The notes under the pieces were generated by a model. That model made no database searches and was not told where the DNA came from. It worked only from the letters and a program-made list of their open reading frames with translations. Made by a program: the position numbers and the translations under genes. This document shows, one piece after another, positions 45,464 through 54,960 of a stretch of DNA of 55,649 nt (positions within the stretch are counted from its first letter, which is position 1; each line of letters begins with the position of its first letter). Source of the stretch: Candidatus Aminicenantes bacterium UBA2199 (lineage in GTDB: Bacteria > Acidobacteriota > Aminicenantia > UBA2199); NCBI GenBank assembly GCA_002327965.1, contig DCVB01000086.1:1-55649 (forward strand). Direction: 5' to 3'.

Positions 45464-47674
45464 ATGAAAAAATTGCTCTTTTGGGTCATCCTGATCATGC
45501 TGCTGGCCGGGTCGGCCGATGCGGCCAACGGCCCTGTCCGGCAGGATATCCGTCCGCTGGAACTGGTGAAGACCGCGACGCCGCCGGTGCTGGACGGCTC
45601 GCTGGACGACGAGGCCTGGCGCAATGCGGTCGTCATCGACGACGTCTGGATCACCTACAACCCGGTCAACGGCGAAGAGCTGCCGCAGCACACCCGCGCC
45701 TACGTCACCTATGACGAGAACAACCTCTATTTCGCGTTCCACTGCCTGGACAGCCAGCCCGAGCTGATCAAGACCTCGCTGACCAAGCGCGACGGCATCT
45801 TCAATGACGACTGGGTCGGCCTCTCCATCGACACCGTGGGCGGCAAAAAATACGGCTACGAGTTCTTCGTCAACCCCAGCGGCGCCCAGGGCGACATCTT
45901 CCGCACCGGCGACAGGGAGGATTCCTCCAGCGACTGGGTGTGGCACAGCGCCGGCAAGGTCGTCAGCGACGGCTACATCGTCGAGATCAGCCAGCCCCTG
46001 AAAAGCATCCGCTTCGCCAGCGGCCGGGACGTGCGCATGGGCGTGGTCTTCTGGCGGCGCATCAGCCGCCTGGGCATGAGCGGCTCCTGGCCGCACCTCA
46101 GGCCCGGGCAGGGCATCGGCAACTGCCAGGCCGAAGTGCGCATCCCCGAGCTGGCCAGGCCGCTGGTCCTGGAGGCCCTGCCCTCCTTCACCTTCAGTTC
46201 GGGCTGGGACCGGCAGTCGCCTGGCTCCTGGTCCGGCGCCGACCAGGTCCGCGACCTGGGCTTCGCCCTCAAGTACGGCATCACCTCGTCGATCGTGGCC
46301 GAGGCCACCGTCAACCCCGACTTCAGCCAGGTGGAGAGCGACGCCCTGCAGGTGACGGTCAACCAGCGCTTCCCCGTCTTCTACTCGGAAAAGAGGCCGT
46401 TCTTCATGGAAGCGGGCAATCTCTTCGACCTCGCCGCCGTCGGCGACGGCCTGGGGCAGATGTCCACCCCGGTGCACACGCGCCTGATCGCCGACCCGCA
46501 ATGGGGCGTGCGCCTCACCGGCGAGCAGGGGCGGGGCTCGTTCGCCCTGCTGGCCGCGTCCGACCGCGCCCCGGGCAATCCCTGGAGCGACGGCGAGAAC
46601 CCCGACCTGGGCCGCCAGGCGACCTTCTGGATCGGCCGCGGCAAGCTGGGACTGGGCCAGGACAATTTTGTCGGCCTGCTCTACAGCGGCCGCGAATACG
46701 GCGGCGAGTACAACCGCGCCCTGGCCGCCGATTTCTCGCTGCGCATCGGCAGGCACCACCAGCTGCTGGGGAACTATATCCAGTCCTTCTCCGGCCAGCC
46801 CGGCAGCGGCAACACCCAGGGCGGCTACCTGACCGCCGAGTACGCCTTCGCCAAGGGGAACACCTTCGCCCTGGCCATGGTGGAGGACGTCGCCCCCGGC
46901 TTCCGCATGGACACCGCCTATTACCAGCGCAGCGGCATCGCCACCGCCAAGTTCTACCTGCAGCAGCGTTTCGTCCCCGACAAGAAAAGAATCCCCTGGC
47001 TGCTGGGCGTCACGCCGTCCGTCTACGGCGCCTACATCCATGACAAGGTATCGGGCATGGACGACCTGGAGCTCATGCTGCAGCTGGACACCAACTTCCT
47101 GCTCAAGGGCAGCTGGGGGGGCTACGTCTATTTCGGCCAGGAGTGCTGGGCCGGGCGCGAGTTCCGCCGCACCCTTGGGCACATATATGTCAACCTGCAG
47201 CCCTTTACCTGGCTCAACCTCCACGTCTGCGGCAATGCCGGCGACGCCATCTATTACGACCCGGTCGATCCGTTCCTGGGCAACCGCGCCCAGCTCCACG
47301 CCAGCTTCACCCTGCAGCCCACGCGGAAACTGAACCTGTTCGCCGAGCACACCATCAGCCGCTTCCGCCGCCTGAATACCGGCGCCAGGATCTACGACCA
47401 GGGGATCTGGCGCAGCCGCCTGACCTACCAGTTCAACCCGAAGCTCTTTGTCCGCGGCCTGGTGCAGTACGACAGCTTCTACCAGCGCTTGCTGGGTGAT
47501 TTCCTGGCCTCCTTCACCTATATCCCGGGCACGGTGCTCTACCTGGGCTACGGCTCGCTCAACGAGAGCCGCTCCTGGGTTGACGGCGGCTGGCAGCGCG
47601 GCGTCACCGGCGACCGCTTCTTCCAGACCCGCCAGAGCCTGTTTTTCAAGGTGAGCTACCGCTACCAGTTCTGA
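45464..47674 (+). CDS. CBM9-like / DUF5916 outer-membrane protein
   Basis: Signal peptide, P.LDG.LDD..W, NPDFSQVESD, FYSEKRPFF.E and C-terminal FFKVSYRYQF. Confidence 0.85.
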   Translation: MKKLLFWVILIMLLAGSADAANGPVRQDIRPLELVKTATPPVLDGSLDDEAWRNAVVIDDVWITYNPVNGEELPQHTRAYVTYDENNLYFAFHCLDSQPELIKTSLTKRDGIFNDDWVGLSIDTVGGKKYGYEFFVNPSGAQGDIFRTGDREDSSSDWVWHSAGKVVSDGYIVEISQPLKSIRFASGRDVRMGVVFWRRISRLGMSGSWPHLRPGQGIGNCQAEVRIPELARPLVLEALPSFTFSSGWDRQSPGSWSGADQVRDLGFALKYGITSSIVAEATVNPDFSQVESDALQVTVNQRFPVFYSEKRPFFMEAGNLFDLAAVGDGLGQMSTPVHTRLIADPQWGVRLTGEQGRGSFALLAASDRAPGNPWSDGENPDLGRQATFWIGRGKLGLGQDNFVGLLYSGREYGGEYNRALAADFSLRIGRHHQLLGNYIQSFSGQPGSGNTQGGYLTAEYAFAKGNTFALAMVEDVAPGFRMDTAYYQRSGIATAKFYLQQRFVPDKKRIPWLLGVTPSVYGAYIHDKVSGMDDLELMLQLDTNFLLKGSWGGYVYFGQECWAGREFRRTLGHIYVNLQPFTWLNLHVCGNAGDAIYYDPVDPFLGNRAQLHASFTLQPTRKLNLFAEHTISRFRRLNTGARIYDQGIWRSRLTYQFNPKLFVRGLVQYDSFYQRLLGDFLASFTYIPGTVLYLGYGSLNESRSWVDGGWQRGVTGDRFFQTRQSLFFKVSYRYQF

Positions 47675-47910
47675 GGGATGACCATTGCGCCGATATCGCG
47701 TATCATCGTCAGGGCATGGCGGCATGGAGCTCCGTCATGCCCGGGTTCTGATCGCAGTCATCTGTCGGTCCCCTCTCCATAGATCCGCCGGGGACGGCCT
47801 TCGGGCCGTCCCCGCATTCCTCCTTTAGGCCGCGGCGGTCACGCACAACTTTTCCCCGGAGCCGGGCGTATATCTCCTGGCAATTGACGATTGAATACAA
47901 GGAGAAGCAA

Positions 47911-49962
47911 ATGAAACACGGCATCGTTTCCCTTTTCATGATCGCGGTCAGCCTGATACTGGTCTGCTCTGCTGCGACTCTTTTGCCGGCCGCAACCGAG
48001 CCGCCGGCCCTGGACAAGAAGAACATGGACCTGGCGGTGCGCCCCGGCGACGACTTCTTCCGTTACGCCAACGGCGCCTGGATCCGCCAACTCGAGATGC
48101 CCGCCGACAAGAGCGAGTACGACGCCTTCGACCAGGTGCGCGAGCAGAACCGCTCCCGGCTGCGCGAGCTCTTCGCGAGCCTCGCCGCCGTTTCCGCCAC
48201 GGCCGCCAAGGGCACGGCGGCGCAGAAGGTCGGCGACTTCTACGCAATGGCCATGGACGAGGCCAGGATCGAATCCCTGGGCTCCACGCCGCTGAACCAT
48301 GATTTCCGCCGCATCGCCGAGGCTGCGACCACCGCTGAAATCCAGGATCTGATCGCGGACTTCCACCGCGAGAATGCCCCCGTGCTGTTCGGCGCCGGCG
48401 TCGAGGTCGACCTGATGAACTCCACGGCCTACGGCTATTACCTGGCCCAGTCCGGGCTGGGCATGCCCGACCGCGATTACTACACCCGCGACGACGCTGA
48501 CGCCCGCAAGCTGCGCGAGCAATACCTGGCCCACGTGACCTCCATGCTGAAGCTGTTGGGTGACACTCCCGAACAGGCCGCCGCCGCCGCAGCGACCGTG
48601 CTGGCCCTGGAAACACGGCTGGCCCGGGCATCCAAGACGCGGGTCGAGATGCGCGACATCCCCGGCCTGTACAACAAAATGACCTTGGCCCAGCTCCAGG
48701 AACTCAGCCCCGGTTTCGACTGGGGCCGCTACCTCAAGAACATCGAGCGCCCCGACATCAAGGACTTCATCGTCACCGCCCCCGGGTTCTTCAAGGAAAT
48801 GGGGCTCATGCTCCGGGAGGTCCCCCTGGCCGAATGGAAGACCTGGCTGCGCTGGCAGGCGCTCAACGCCTATGCCCCCTTCCTGAGCTCGGCCTTCGTC
48901 AACGAGAACTTCAATTTCTTTTCCCGGGCCATGGAGGGAACGCAGGAGATCGAGGAGCGCTGGAAGCGCATGACCTCGCTGACCAGCAACAGCCTCGACC
49001 AGCTGGTCGGCCGGATGTACGTCGAGAAGTATTTCCCGCCCGCCTGCAAGCAGCGCATGAATGAGCTGGCGGCCAACATCAAGAAAGCTTTCGAGGCGCG
49101 CCTGCGCCGGATCTCCTGGATGAGCGAAAAGACCCGCCGGCAAGCCCTGGAAAAGCTCCTGGCCATGCGCATCGAGGTCGGCTATCCCGACAAGTGGGAG
49201 GACTACGGCAAGCTGGAGATCGGCCGCGACTCGCTGCTTGACAACCTGCGCCGCTCCGGGCGCTTCGCGTTTCAAAAGAACCTCGACCAGCTCGGCAAGC
49301 CGGTGGACGCGACCAAGTGGGACATGGCGCCGCAGATCGTCAATGCCGGTTACAATCCGGTGTACAACAAGATGATCTTCCCGGCCGGCATCCTGCAGCC
49401 CCCGTTCTTTTTCGCCGAAGCCGACGACGCGGTCAACTACGGCGCCATCGGCATGGCCATCGGCCACGAAATGAGCCACGGCTTCGACGACCAGGGGCGC
49501 TGGTTCGACAAGGACGGCAACATGCGCGACTGGTGGACCCCGGAGGACAGCGAGAAGTTCAAGCGCCAGACCAAACTGCTGGTCGAGCAGTACGGCGCCT
49601 TTACGACCGAGGACGGCGTGCACGTCAACGGCGAGCTCAGCCTGGGCGAGAATATCGCCGATTACGCCGGCTTGACCATGTCCCTGGCCGGCTATCACCT
49701 CTCGCTGCAGGGCAAGAAAGCGCCCAGGGCCATCGACGGCTTCAGCGGCGACCAGCGCTTCTTCCTCTCGTTCGCCCAGGTGTGGCGCGGCAAGATCCGC
49801 CCCGAGGCGCTGAAAAAAAAGATCCAGGAGGACGTCCACCCCTGGGGCGAGTTCCGCGTCAACGGCGCCCCCTTCAACGTCCCCGGGTTCTACAAGGCCT
49901 TCGACATCCAGCCCGGCGACAAGCTCTACCGCGCCCCCGAGCAGTGCCCGAGCATCTGGTAA
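47911..49962 (+). CDS. Exported M13 (neprilysin/PepO-like) metallopeptidase
   Basis: PGDDFF.YANG, VNAGY, FPAGILQPPFF, HEMSHGFDDQG and GENIAD. Confidence 0.93.
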   Translation: MKHGIVSLFMIAVSLILVCSAATLLPAATEPPALDKKNMDLAVRPGDDFFRYANGAWIRQLEMPADKSEYDAFDQVREQNRSRLRELFASLAAVSATAAKGTAAQKVGDFYAMAMDEARIESLGSTPLNHDFRRIAEAATTAEIQDLIADFHRENAPVLFGAGVEVDLMNSTAYGYYLAQSGLGMPDRDYYTRDDADARKLREQYLAHVTSMLKLLGDTPEQAAAAAATVLALETRLARASKTRVEMRDIPGLYNKMTLAQLQELSPGFDWGRYLKNIERPDIKDFIVTAPGFFKEMGLMLREVPLAEWKTWLRWQALNAYAPFLSSAFVNENFNFFSRAMEGTQEIEERWKRMTSLTSNSLDQLVGRMYVEKYFPPACKQRMNELAANIKKAFEARLRRISWMSEKTRRQALEKLLAMRIEVGYPDKWEDYGKLEIGRDSLLDNLRRSGRFAFQKNLDQLGKPVDATKWDMAPQIVNAGYNPVYNKMIFPAGILQPPFFFAEADDAVNYGAIGMAIGHEMSHGFDDQGRWFDKDGNMRDWWTPEDSEKFKRQTKLLVEQYGAFTTEDGVHVNGELSLGENIADYAGLTMSLAGYHLSLQGKKAPRAIDGFSGDQRFFLSFAQVWRGKIRPEALKKKIQEDVHPWGEFRVNGAPFNVPGFYKAFDIQPGDKLYRAPEQCPSIW

Positions 49963-50078
49963 TACATCCTATGGGATCATAATAGGGGCGGCGCAACTGC
50001 CGCCCGGCCTTACCTGCCGTTTTGAAATGTAGCTTTATCTCTATTGTCGGCCATGCTCAACCGATATATAAATAAAGC

Positions 50079-50780
50079 ATGGAAAATGAAAAAAAGGCTC
50101 CCGCCATTGATCGCAAGCAACTGACCTGCAAGGTCATCCTGCGCTTCGGCATGGCCGGCCCGCTGCTGGCGGCCATCTTCTTCCTGCCCGCCGGCACGCT
50201 GGACTACTGGCAGGCCTGGGCCTACATGGCCGTGCTCCTCATTCCCATGGGCTGGGTCCTGGCCCATTACCTCAGAAAAGATCCCGAGCTCCTCGAGCGC
50301 CGCATGCGCACGTTGGAAAAGGAAAAGCGGCAGCGGGCCATCATCTTCCTCTCCTACCCCGTCTTCATTGCCGCCTTCCTGCTGCCCGGATTCGACCGGC
50401 GCTGCGCCTGGTCCCGGGTCCCGGTCTGGCTGGTCCTGCTGGCCGACCTCGTGGTGCTGGCCGGCTATCTCCTGTTCGTCCGCGTCATGAAGGAAAACCG
50501 TTTCCTCTCGCGGATCGTGGAGGTGGACGCGAAACAGAAGGTCATCGATACCGGACCCTATGCCGTGGTGCGCCATCCCATGTATGCCGGGATACTGCCG
50601 CTGTACCTGTTCAGCCCGCTGGCCCTGGGATCGTTCTGGGCCCTGATCCCGGCCGCTTTTCTGCCGCCGATCATCATCGCCCGCATCTTCAACGAGGAGA
50701 AAGTGCTGTGCCGCGAACTGCCGGGATACGCCGACTACATGCGGCGGGTAAGACACCGCCTGATCCCCGGGATCTGGTAA
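50079..50780 (+). CDS. Isoprenylcysteine carboxyl methyltransferase-family membrane protein
   Basis: QKVIDTGPYAVVRHPMY, RI..EE..L and YRL/HRLIPGIW-type end. Confidence 0.9.
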   Translation: MENEKKAPAIDRKQLTCKVILRFGMAGPLLAAIFFLPAGTLDYWQAWAYMAVLLIPMGWVLAHYLRKDPELLERRMRTLEKEKRQRAIIFLSYPVFIAAFLLPGFDRRCAWSRVPVWLVLLADLVVLAGYLLFVRVMKENRFLSRIVEVDAKQKVIDTGPYAVVRHPMYAGILPLYLFSPLALGSFWALIPAAFLPPIIIARIFNEEKVLCRELPGYADYMRRVRHRLIPGIW

Positions 50781-50870
50781 GAGGGGAAACCGGCCACGCA
50801 TCCATGCTTGCCAAAAGAAGTCCTTTCTGTTAGGTTCAGGCAGTCGGACCGATTTTCCCGGAGGTGTCCC

Positions 50871-52898
50871 ATGAAAAAGCTCTTTGTGCTTGCGCTGGCC
50901 CTCGCCCTGGCGGCCGGGCTCGCCGCCCAGGCGCCGGCCCGCTACATCGACGACGCCGCGGCGCAGAAGGTGAAGGCCGAGCTGCTGCAGAAATTCGGCG
51001 CCAACGAAAAATTCCGCGTCGAGCGGGGCGTCGAGCAGGTCGCCGGGCTGTGGCTCGAGAGCGACGGCGGCCCCGACGGGTTCGCCGCCTTCTGCAGGGA
51101 GAATTTCGTCGCCTCCGGGGCGCCCCAGGAAGCGCTGTTCAAGAAGCTGGAGTTCTACAGCGAGGTCATCGGCGGCCATTTCGGCGAGATGTCCATGGAC
51201 AAGGACCAGCCGGTCGACCTGGACTGGGGCGAGATCTCGCCGCTGGACATCGCCATGAACGGCTTCGATCCCGCCGCCCATGTCTCCGACGACATGTTCA
51301 AGAACAAGACAGCCTTCATCTCGCTGCTGAACTTCCCCGTCTACACACTGGAGGAAAAGACCGCCCAGGGCGCGGGCTGGGACCGCCTGCAGTGGGCCTA
51401 CGCGCGCACCGCCGGCAGCAACACAACCCGCCTGCCCGCCGCCGTGAGCCAGGAGATCTCCACGCGCATGGCCGCCGCCGGCCGCTACATCTCCGACTAC
51501 AACATTTTCATGGGCAGCATCCTGGGCCCCGACAACCTGCCGCTGTTCCCCGCCGACATGAAGCTGCTCTGCCATTGGGGGCTGCGGGACGAGCTCAAGG
51601 CGCGCTATGCCGAACCGGGCGCGCTGGTCAAGCAGCACGCCATCTACCGCATCATGGAGCGCATCATCCGCCAGGAGATCCCCGAGGTAATGGTCAACTC
51701 CGGGCGCTACCAATGGAACCCGTTCAGCAACGCCGTCTTCGACCAGGGCCAGCCCGTCGAGACCGTGGCCGAGCCCAATACCCGCTACAAGACTTTCCTG
51801 GACACCTTCCAGGCCATGCGACGTATCGACCCCTACAGCCCGCTTTACCCCGACCATATCCGCCGCAGCTTCGAGGTCGGGCGCGAGATCCCCGAGAAGG
51901 ACGTGGAGGCCATGTTCCGGGAACTGCTCTCCTCGCCGCAGGTCAGGAAGGTGGCCGACCTGATCCGCCGGCGCCTGGGGCGCAAGCTGCAGCCTTTCGA
52001 CATCTGGTACCCCGGGCTGCGCACCGGCGCCGAGCTCCCCGAGGAGGAGCTCGACCGCATCGTCAGGGAAAGATATCCCGATGCCGCCGCCTTGGAGAAG
52101 GACCTGCCGAACATCCTGACCCGCCTCGGCTTCAGCCCGGAACGCGCCGCCTATGTCGCCGCCCGCGTGCAGGTCGACCCGGCGCGCGGCTCGGGCCACA
52201 ACGCCCAGGCCCAGTCGCGCAAATTCAAATCGCGGCTGCGCACGCGCGTCCCCGCCGGCGGCATGAATTACAAGGGCTACAACATCGCCCTGCACGAGTT
52301 CGGCCACGCGGTGGAGAACGTCCTCGACCTGCACCTCATCGACCGCTATTCGCTGGCCGGCGTGCCCAACGGCGCCGTCACCGAGGCCTTCGCATTCATC
52401 TTCCAGGAGCGCGACCTGGAGATGCTCGATGTCCGCGAGCCGGACCCGCGCCAGCGCGAGCTGAAGGTTCTGGACACGTTCTGGGGCGCCTACGAGATCA
52501 TGGGCGTCTCGCTGGTGGACATGCAGGCCTGGCACTGGCTCTACGACCACCCGCAGGCGACCCCCGCCGAGCTGAAGCAGGCGGTCATCGCCATCGCCAA
52601 AAAGGTTTGGAACCGGTATTACGCGCCGGTCTTCGGCGTCCGCGACCAGGAGATCCTCGCCATCTACTCGCACATGATCGACTATACCCTGTACCTGCCG
52701 CACTACGCGCTGGGCAACGTCATCCAGTTCCAGCTCGAGGACTTCCTCAAGGACAAGGTGCTGGGGCCGGAGATGGAGCGCATGTGCGCCGCCGGCAACA
52801 TCACGCCCACGGAGTGGATGAAGAATGCGGTGGGAACGGGGATCTCGGTCAAGCCGCTGCTGAAGGCGGTGGACCGGGCGTTGAAACTGGCCAGGTGA
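50871..52898 (+). CDS. Exported uncharacterised gluzincin-type (M3/M32-like) metallopeptidase
   Basis: GGAGG RBS, signal peptide, HEFGH with downstream TEAFA Glu, and H...Y.LY..Y.LG. Confidence 0.72.
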   Translation: MKKLFVLALALALAAGLAAQAPARYIDDAAAQKVKAELLQKFGANEKFRVERGVEQVAGLWLESDGGPDGFAAFCRENFVASGAPQEALFKKLEFYSEVIGGHFGEMSMDKDQPVDLDWGEISPLDIAMNGFDPAAHVSDDMFKNKTAFISLLNFPVYTLEEKTAQGAGWDRLQWAYARTAGSNTTRLPAAVSQEISTRMAAAGRYISDYNIFMGSILGPDNLPLFPADMKLLCHWGLRDELKARYAEPGALVKQHAIYRIMERIIRQEIPEVMVNSGRYQWNPFSNAVFDQGQPVETVAEPNTRYKTFLDTFQAMRRIDPYSPLYPDHIRRSFEVGREIPEKDVEAMFRELLSSPQVRKVADLIRRRLGRKLQPFDIWYPGLRTGAELPEEELDRIVRERYPDAAALEKDLPNILTRLGFSPERAAYVAARVQVDPARGSGHNAQAQSRKFKSRLRTRVPAGGMNYKGYNIALHEFGHAVENVLDLHLIDRYSLAGVPNGAVTEAFAFIFQERDLEMLDVREPDPRQRELKVLDTFWGAYEIMGVSLVDMQAWHWLYDHPQATPAELKQAVIAIAKKVWNRYYAPVFGVRDQEILAIYSHMIDYTLYLPHYALGNVIQFQLEDFLKDKVLGPEMERMCAAGNITPTEWMKNAVGTGISVKPLLKAVDRALKLAR

Positions 52899-52906
52899 AC
52901 GAAAAA

Positions 52907-53361
52907 GTTCGATGTTCGAAGTTCGATGTTCGAAGTTCCATGTTCCACGTTCCATGTTCCAAGTTCCACGTTCCAAGTTCCACGTTTGACTGAGAAGAAA
53001 GGCAAGAAGGTTGAAGGGTTAAAGAGTTCAAGAGTTGATGGGTTCAGCCATTGTCAGATCAATGGCTGTTAACCCGTCAACCCTTTCACACTTCTACCCG
53101 TCAACAAGTGCTTGCTCTGGGTTTTGGTCATTGGAATTTTGAATTTGGGATTTATTTGGAATTTGGAGCTTGGGATTTGGAATTTAAGTCTTACGGTTGC
53201 TTCTTCTCTTCCCGTCAACCGTAAACCGTCCGCCGTCAACCGATTTCAATAACTGTCTTTGTCCCAGAATTTCATTCTGATCTCTTGCAAACACTATCAC
53301 TAACACTAACACTGTTGCTTTTCGACCCTCTTGCTGACACTGTCACTGACACTGACACTGT
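52907..53361. repeat. Composite short-tandem-repeat region B
   Basis: GTTC(G/C)AN x11 (52907-52983), octamer stem-loop, TTGGAAT array ending AAGTCTT, CCGTCAA...CCGATTTCA, then CACTAA and CTGACA hexamers. Confidence 0.88.
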
Positions 53362-53472
53362 CCCCCCCTGAATCCTCTAAACCTTTGGGTTTATTTTGAG
53401 GAATCATACTCAAGAACAGTTATTTATTCCGCGTTTCATGCGTATTGTGGTTGTGAACGCAAGGAGACGCCA

Positions 53473-53892
53473 ATGAGCGAAAGAATGACCGTCGGTCAGG
53501 CCGACACGATGTCCGCCGAGGCATGGACCAGCCCGGCGCCGGTCAGCGTCCAGCCCTGGGAGCTGGAGGACCTGGAAACGGGAAGATCTTCGTGGTCCGC
53601 TCCCCGGGACGAAAGGTCCATGGAAACGATCATGGAGACACTGGTATCCGCCTACCTGGCCGCCAACCTGAGCATCCAGTGCACCCCCCTGAAGGAATTC
53701 ATGGACGATTTCGAGAAGCGCATCCTGCGCGCCTGCCTGACCCTGACCCAGGGCCACCAGCGCAATGCCGCCGCCATCCTCGGAATCAAGTACACGGCCC
53801 TGTTCGAAAAAATGCGCAAGCACTGCATCAACGGCCGGCAGATGAAGCTGGTGCGCCGGCTGCGCGAGCCGCGGCAAGCAGCGGAGAAGTGA
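53473..53892 (+). CDS. Stand-alone Fis-type helix-turn-helix protein
   Basis: LKEFMDDFEKRIL..CL..TQGHQRNAAAILGIKYTALFEKMRKH. AAGGAG RBS. Confidence 0.8.
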   Translation: MSERMTVGQADTMSAEAWTSPAPVSVQPWELEDLETGRSSWSAPRDERSMETIMETLVSAYLAANLSIQCTPLKEFMDDFEKRILRACLTLTQGHQRNAAAILGIKYTALFEKMRKHCINGRQMKLVRRLREPRQAAEK

Positions 53893-54608
53893 GACCCGGC
53901 CAGGGCAATTCCGGCCGGATCCTGATCCTGAAGAACCACCCCGATGAAGGGATCGGGCTTTATGGCCGCCGGCTCCGCCGGCTCGGCATCGCCCATGCCA
54001 CCGTGCAGGTCCATGCCGGCGAGACCATCCCGCCCCTGGAGAGTTGCGACGCCATCATCATCGGCGGCACGCCGGTTTCGGCCAACGGCGACCGCTATCA
54101 CGACTTCCTCATGGAAGAGGCCCGCTACCTGAAAACAGCCCTCGACCTGGAGAAACCCATCCTGGGCATCTGTTCCGGCGCCCGGCTGCTGGCCCGACTG
54201 CTGGGGGCCGAGGTCAGAAAAAGCCCGACCGCCCTGGTCGGCGCCTTCCCGGTGCGCCTGACGGCGGCCGGCCACAGCGATCCGCTGTTCCAGGGGTTTC
54301 CCAAGATCTTCCCCGCCTTTCTGTGGCAATTGGACACGATCGACATCCCTCCCTGGGGGCTGCGGCTAGCCAGCGGCTGGGAATCCCCCAACCAGGGCTT
54401 TCGCATGGGGAGCGCTATTGGGCTGCACTTCCACCTGGAATTCACCACCGAGGATTCCCGGGGTTTGGTCGGGGTCTTCAAGGGCCTGCTGCGGGAAGGG
54501 GTTGAAAACAGGCCGCGCATCGTTCGCGAGAACATCGAGCACGAAGCCCGGATGGCCGAACTGGCGGATCGCCTGCTCGACAATTTCCTGGCCGCGGCGG
54601 ATCGGTAA
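53889..54608 (+). CDS. Type 1 glutamine amidotransferase-like protein
   Basis: GTGA overlap start, IIIGGTP, PILGICSG (Cys nucleophile) and FHLE. Confidence 0.85.
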   Translation: MRPGQGNSGRILILKNHPDEGIGLYGRRLRRLGIAHATVQVHAGETIPPLESCDAIIIGGTPVSANGDRYHDFLMEEARYLKTALDLEKPILGICSGARLLARLLGAEVRKSPTALVGAFPVRLTAAGHSDPLFQGFPKIFPAFLWQLDTIDIPPWGLRLASGWESPNQGFRMGSAIGLHFHLEFTTEDSRGLVGVFKGLLREGVENRPRIVRENIEHEARMAELADRLLDNFLAAADR

Positions 54609-54960
54609 TCCATGTCCCAAAACCGATATCATCCACGGGCTGCAGCCGGGAAAGGCCGATTGAACGGCAGCCGCCGCGGCGATCGTCCCCCCAGGCTTCG
54701 GTTGGATCTATTCCTGATTCAATTCGTTGGATCTCAGTTATATATATATTGATCATTCGTGGACGCATGGCCCGGATCCTTGCCGTTTCGGGCAGCGGCG
54801 GTAGCTTGCCGCGATTCCAATGGAATGAAGGGAGGGGGAAATGAAAAAAATCGCGTTTTTGATCCTGCTGACTATTTTGCTGCTCTGCTGGAGTTGAGCG
54901 GCGGCAACCGCGGCCTGGACTTTTTCTTAACCGCGAACGTAGAATGATCAGGGAGATATC

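Noticed and set aside
50010-52976. Long antisense ORFs (988 aa here; also 29514-31877, 45404-47725, 43197-45284, 47839-49839, 9908-11863, 11728-13827)
   Set aside because: These are shadow frames opposite well-supported genes, typical of high-GC DNA, with no recognisable motifs. This one starts inside a tandem repeat.
52907-53361. CRISPR array (also considered for 14350-14647)
   Set aside because: Units are contiguous 6-8-mers with no unique spacers, and no cas genes are present.
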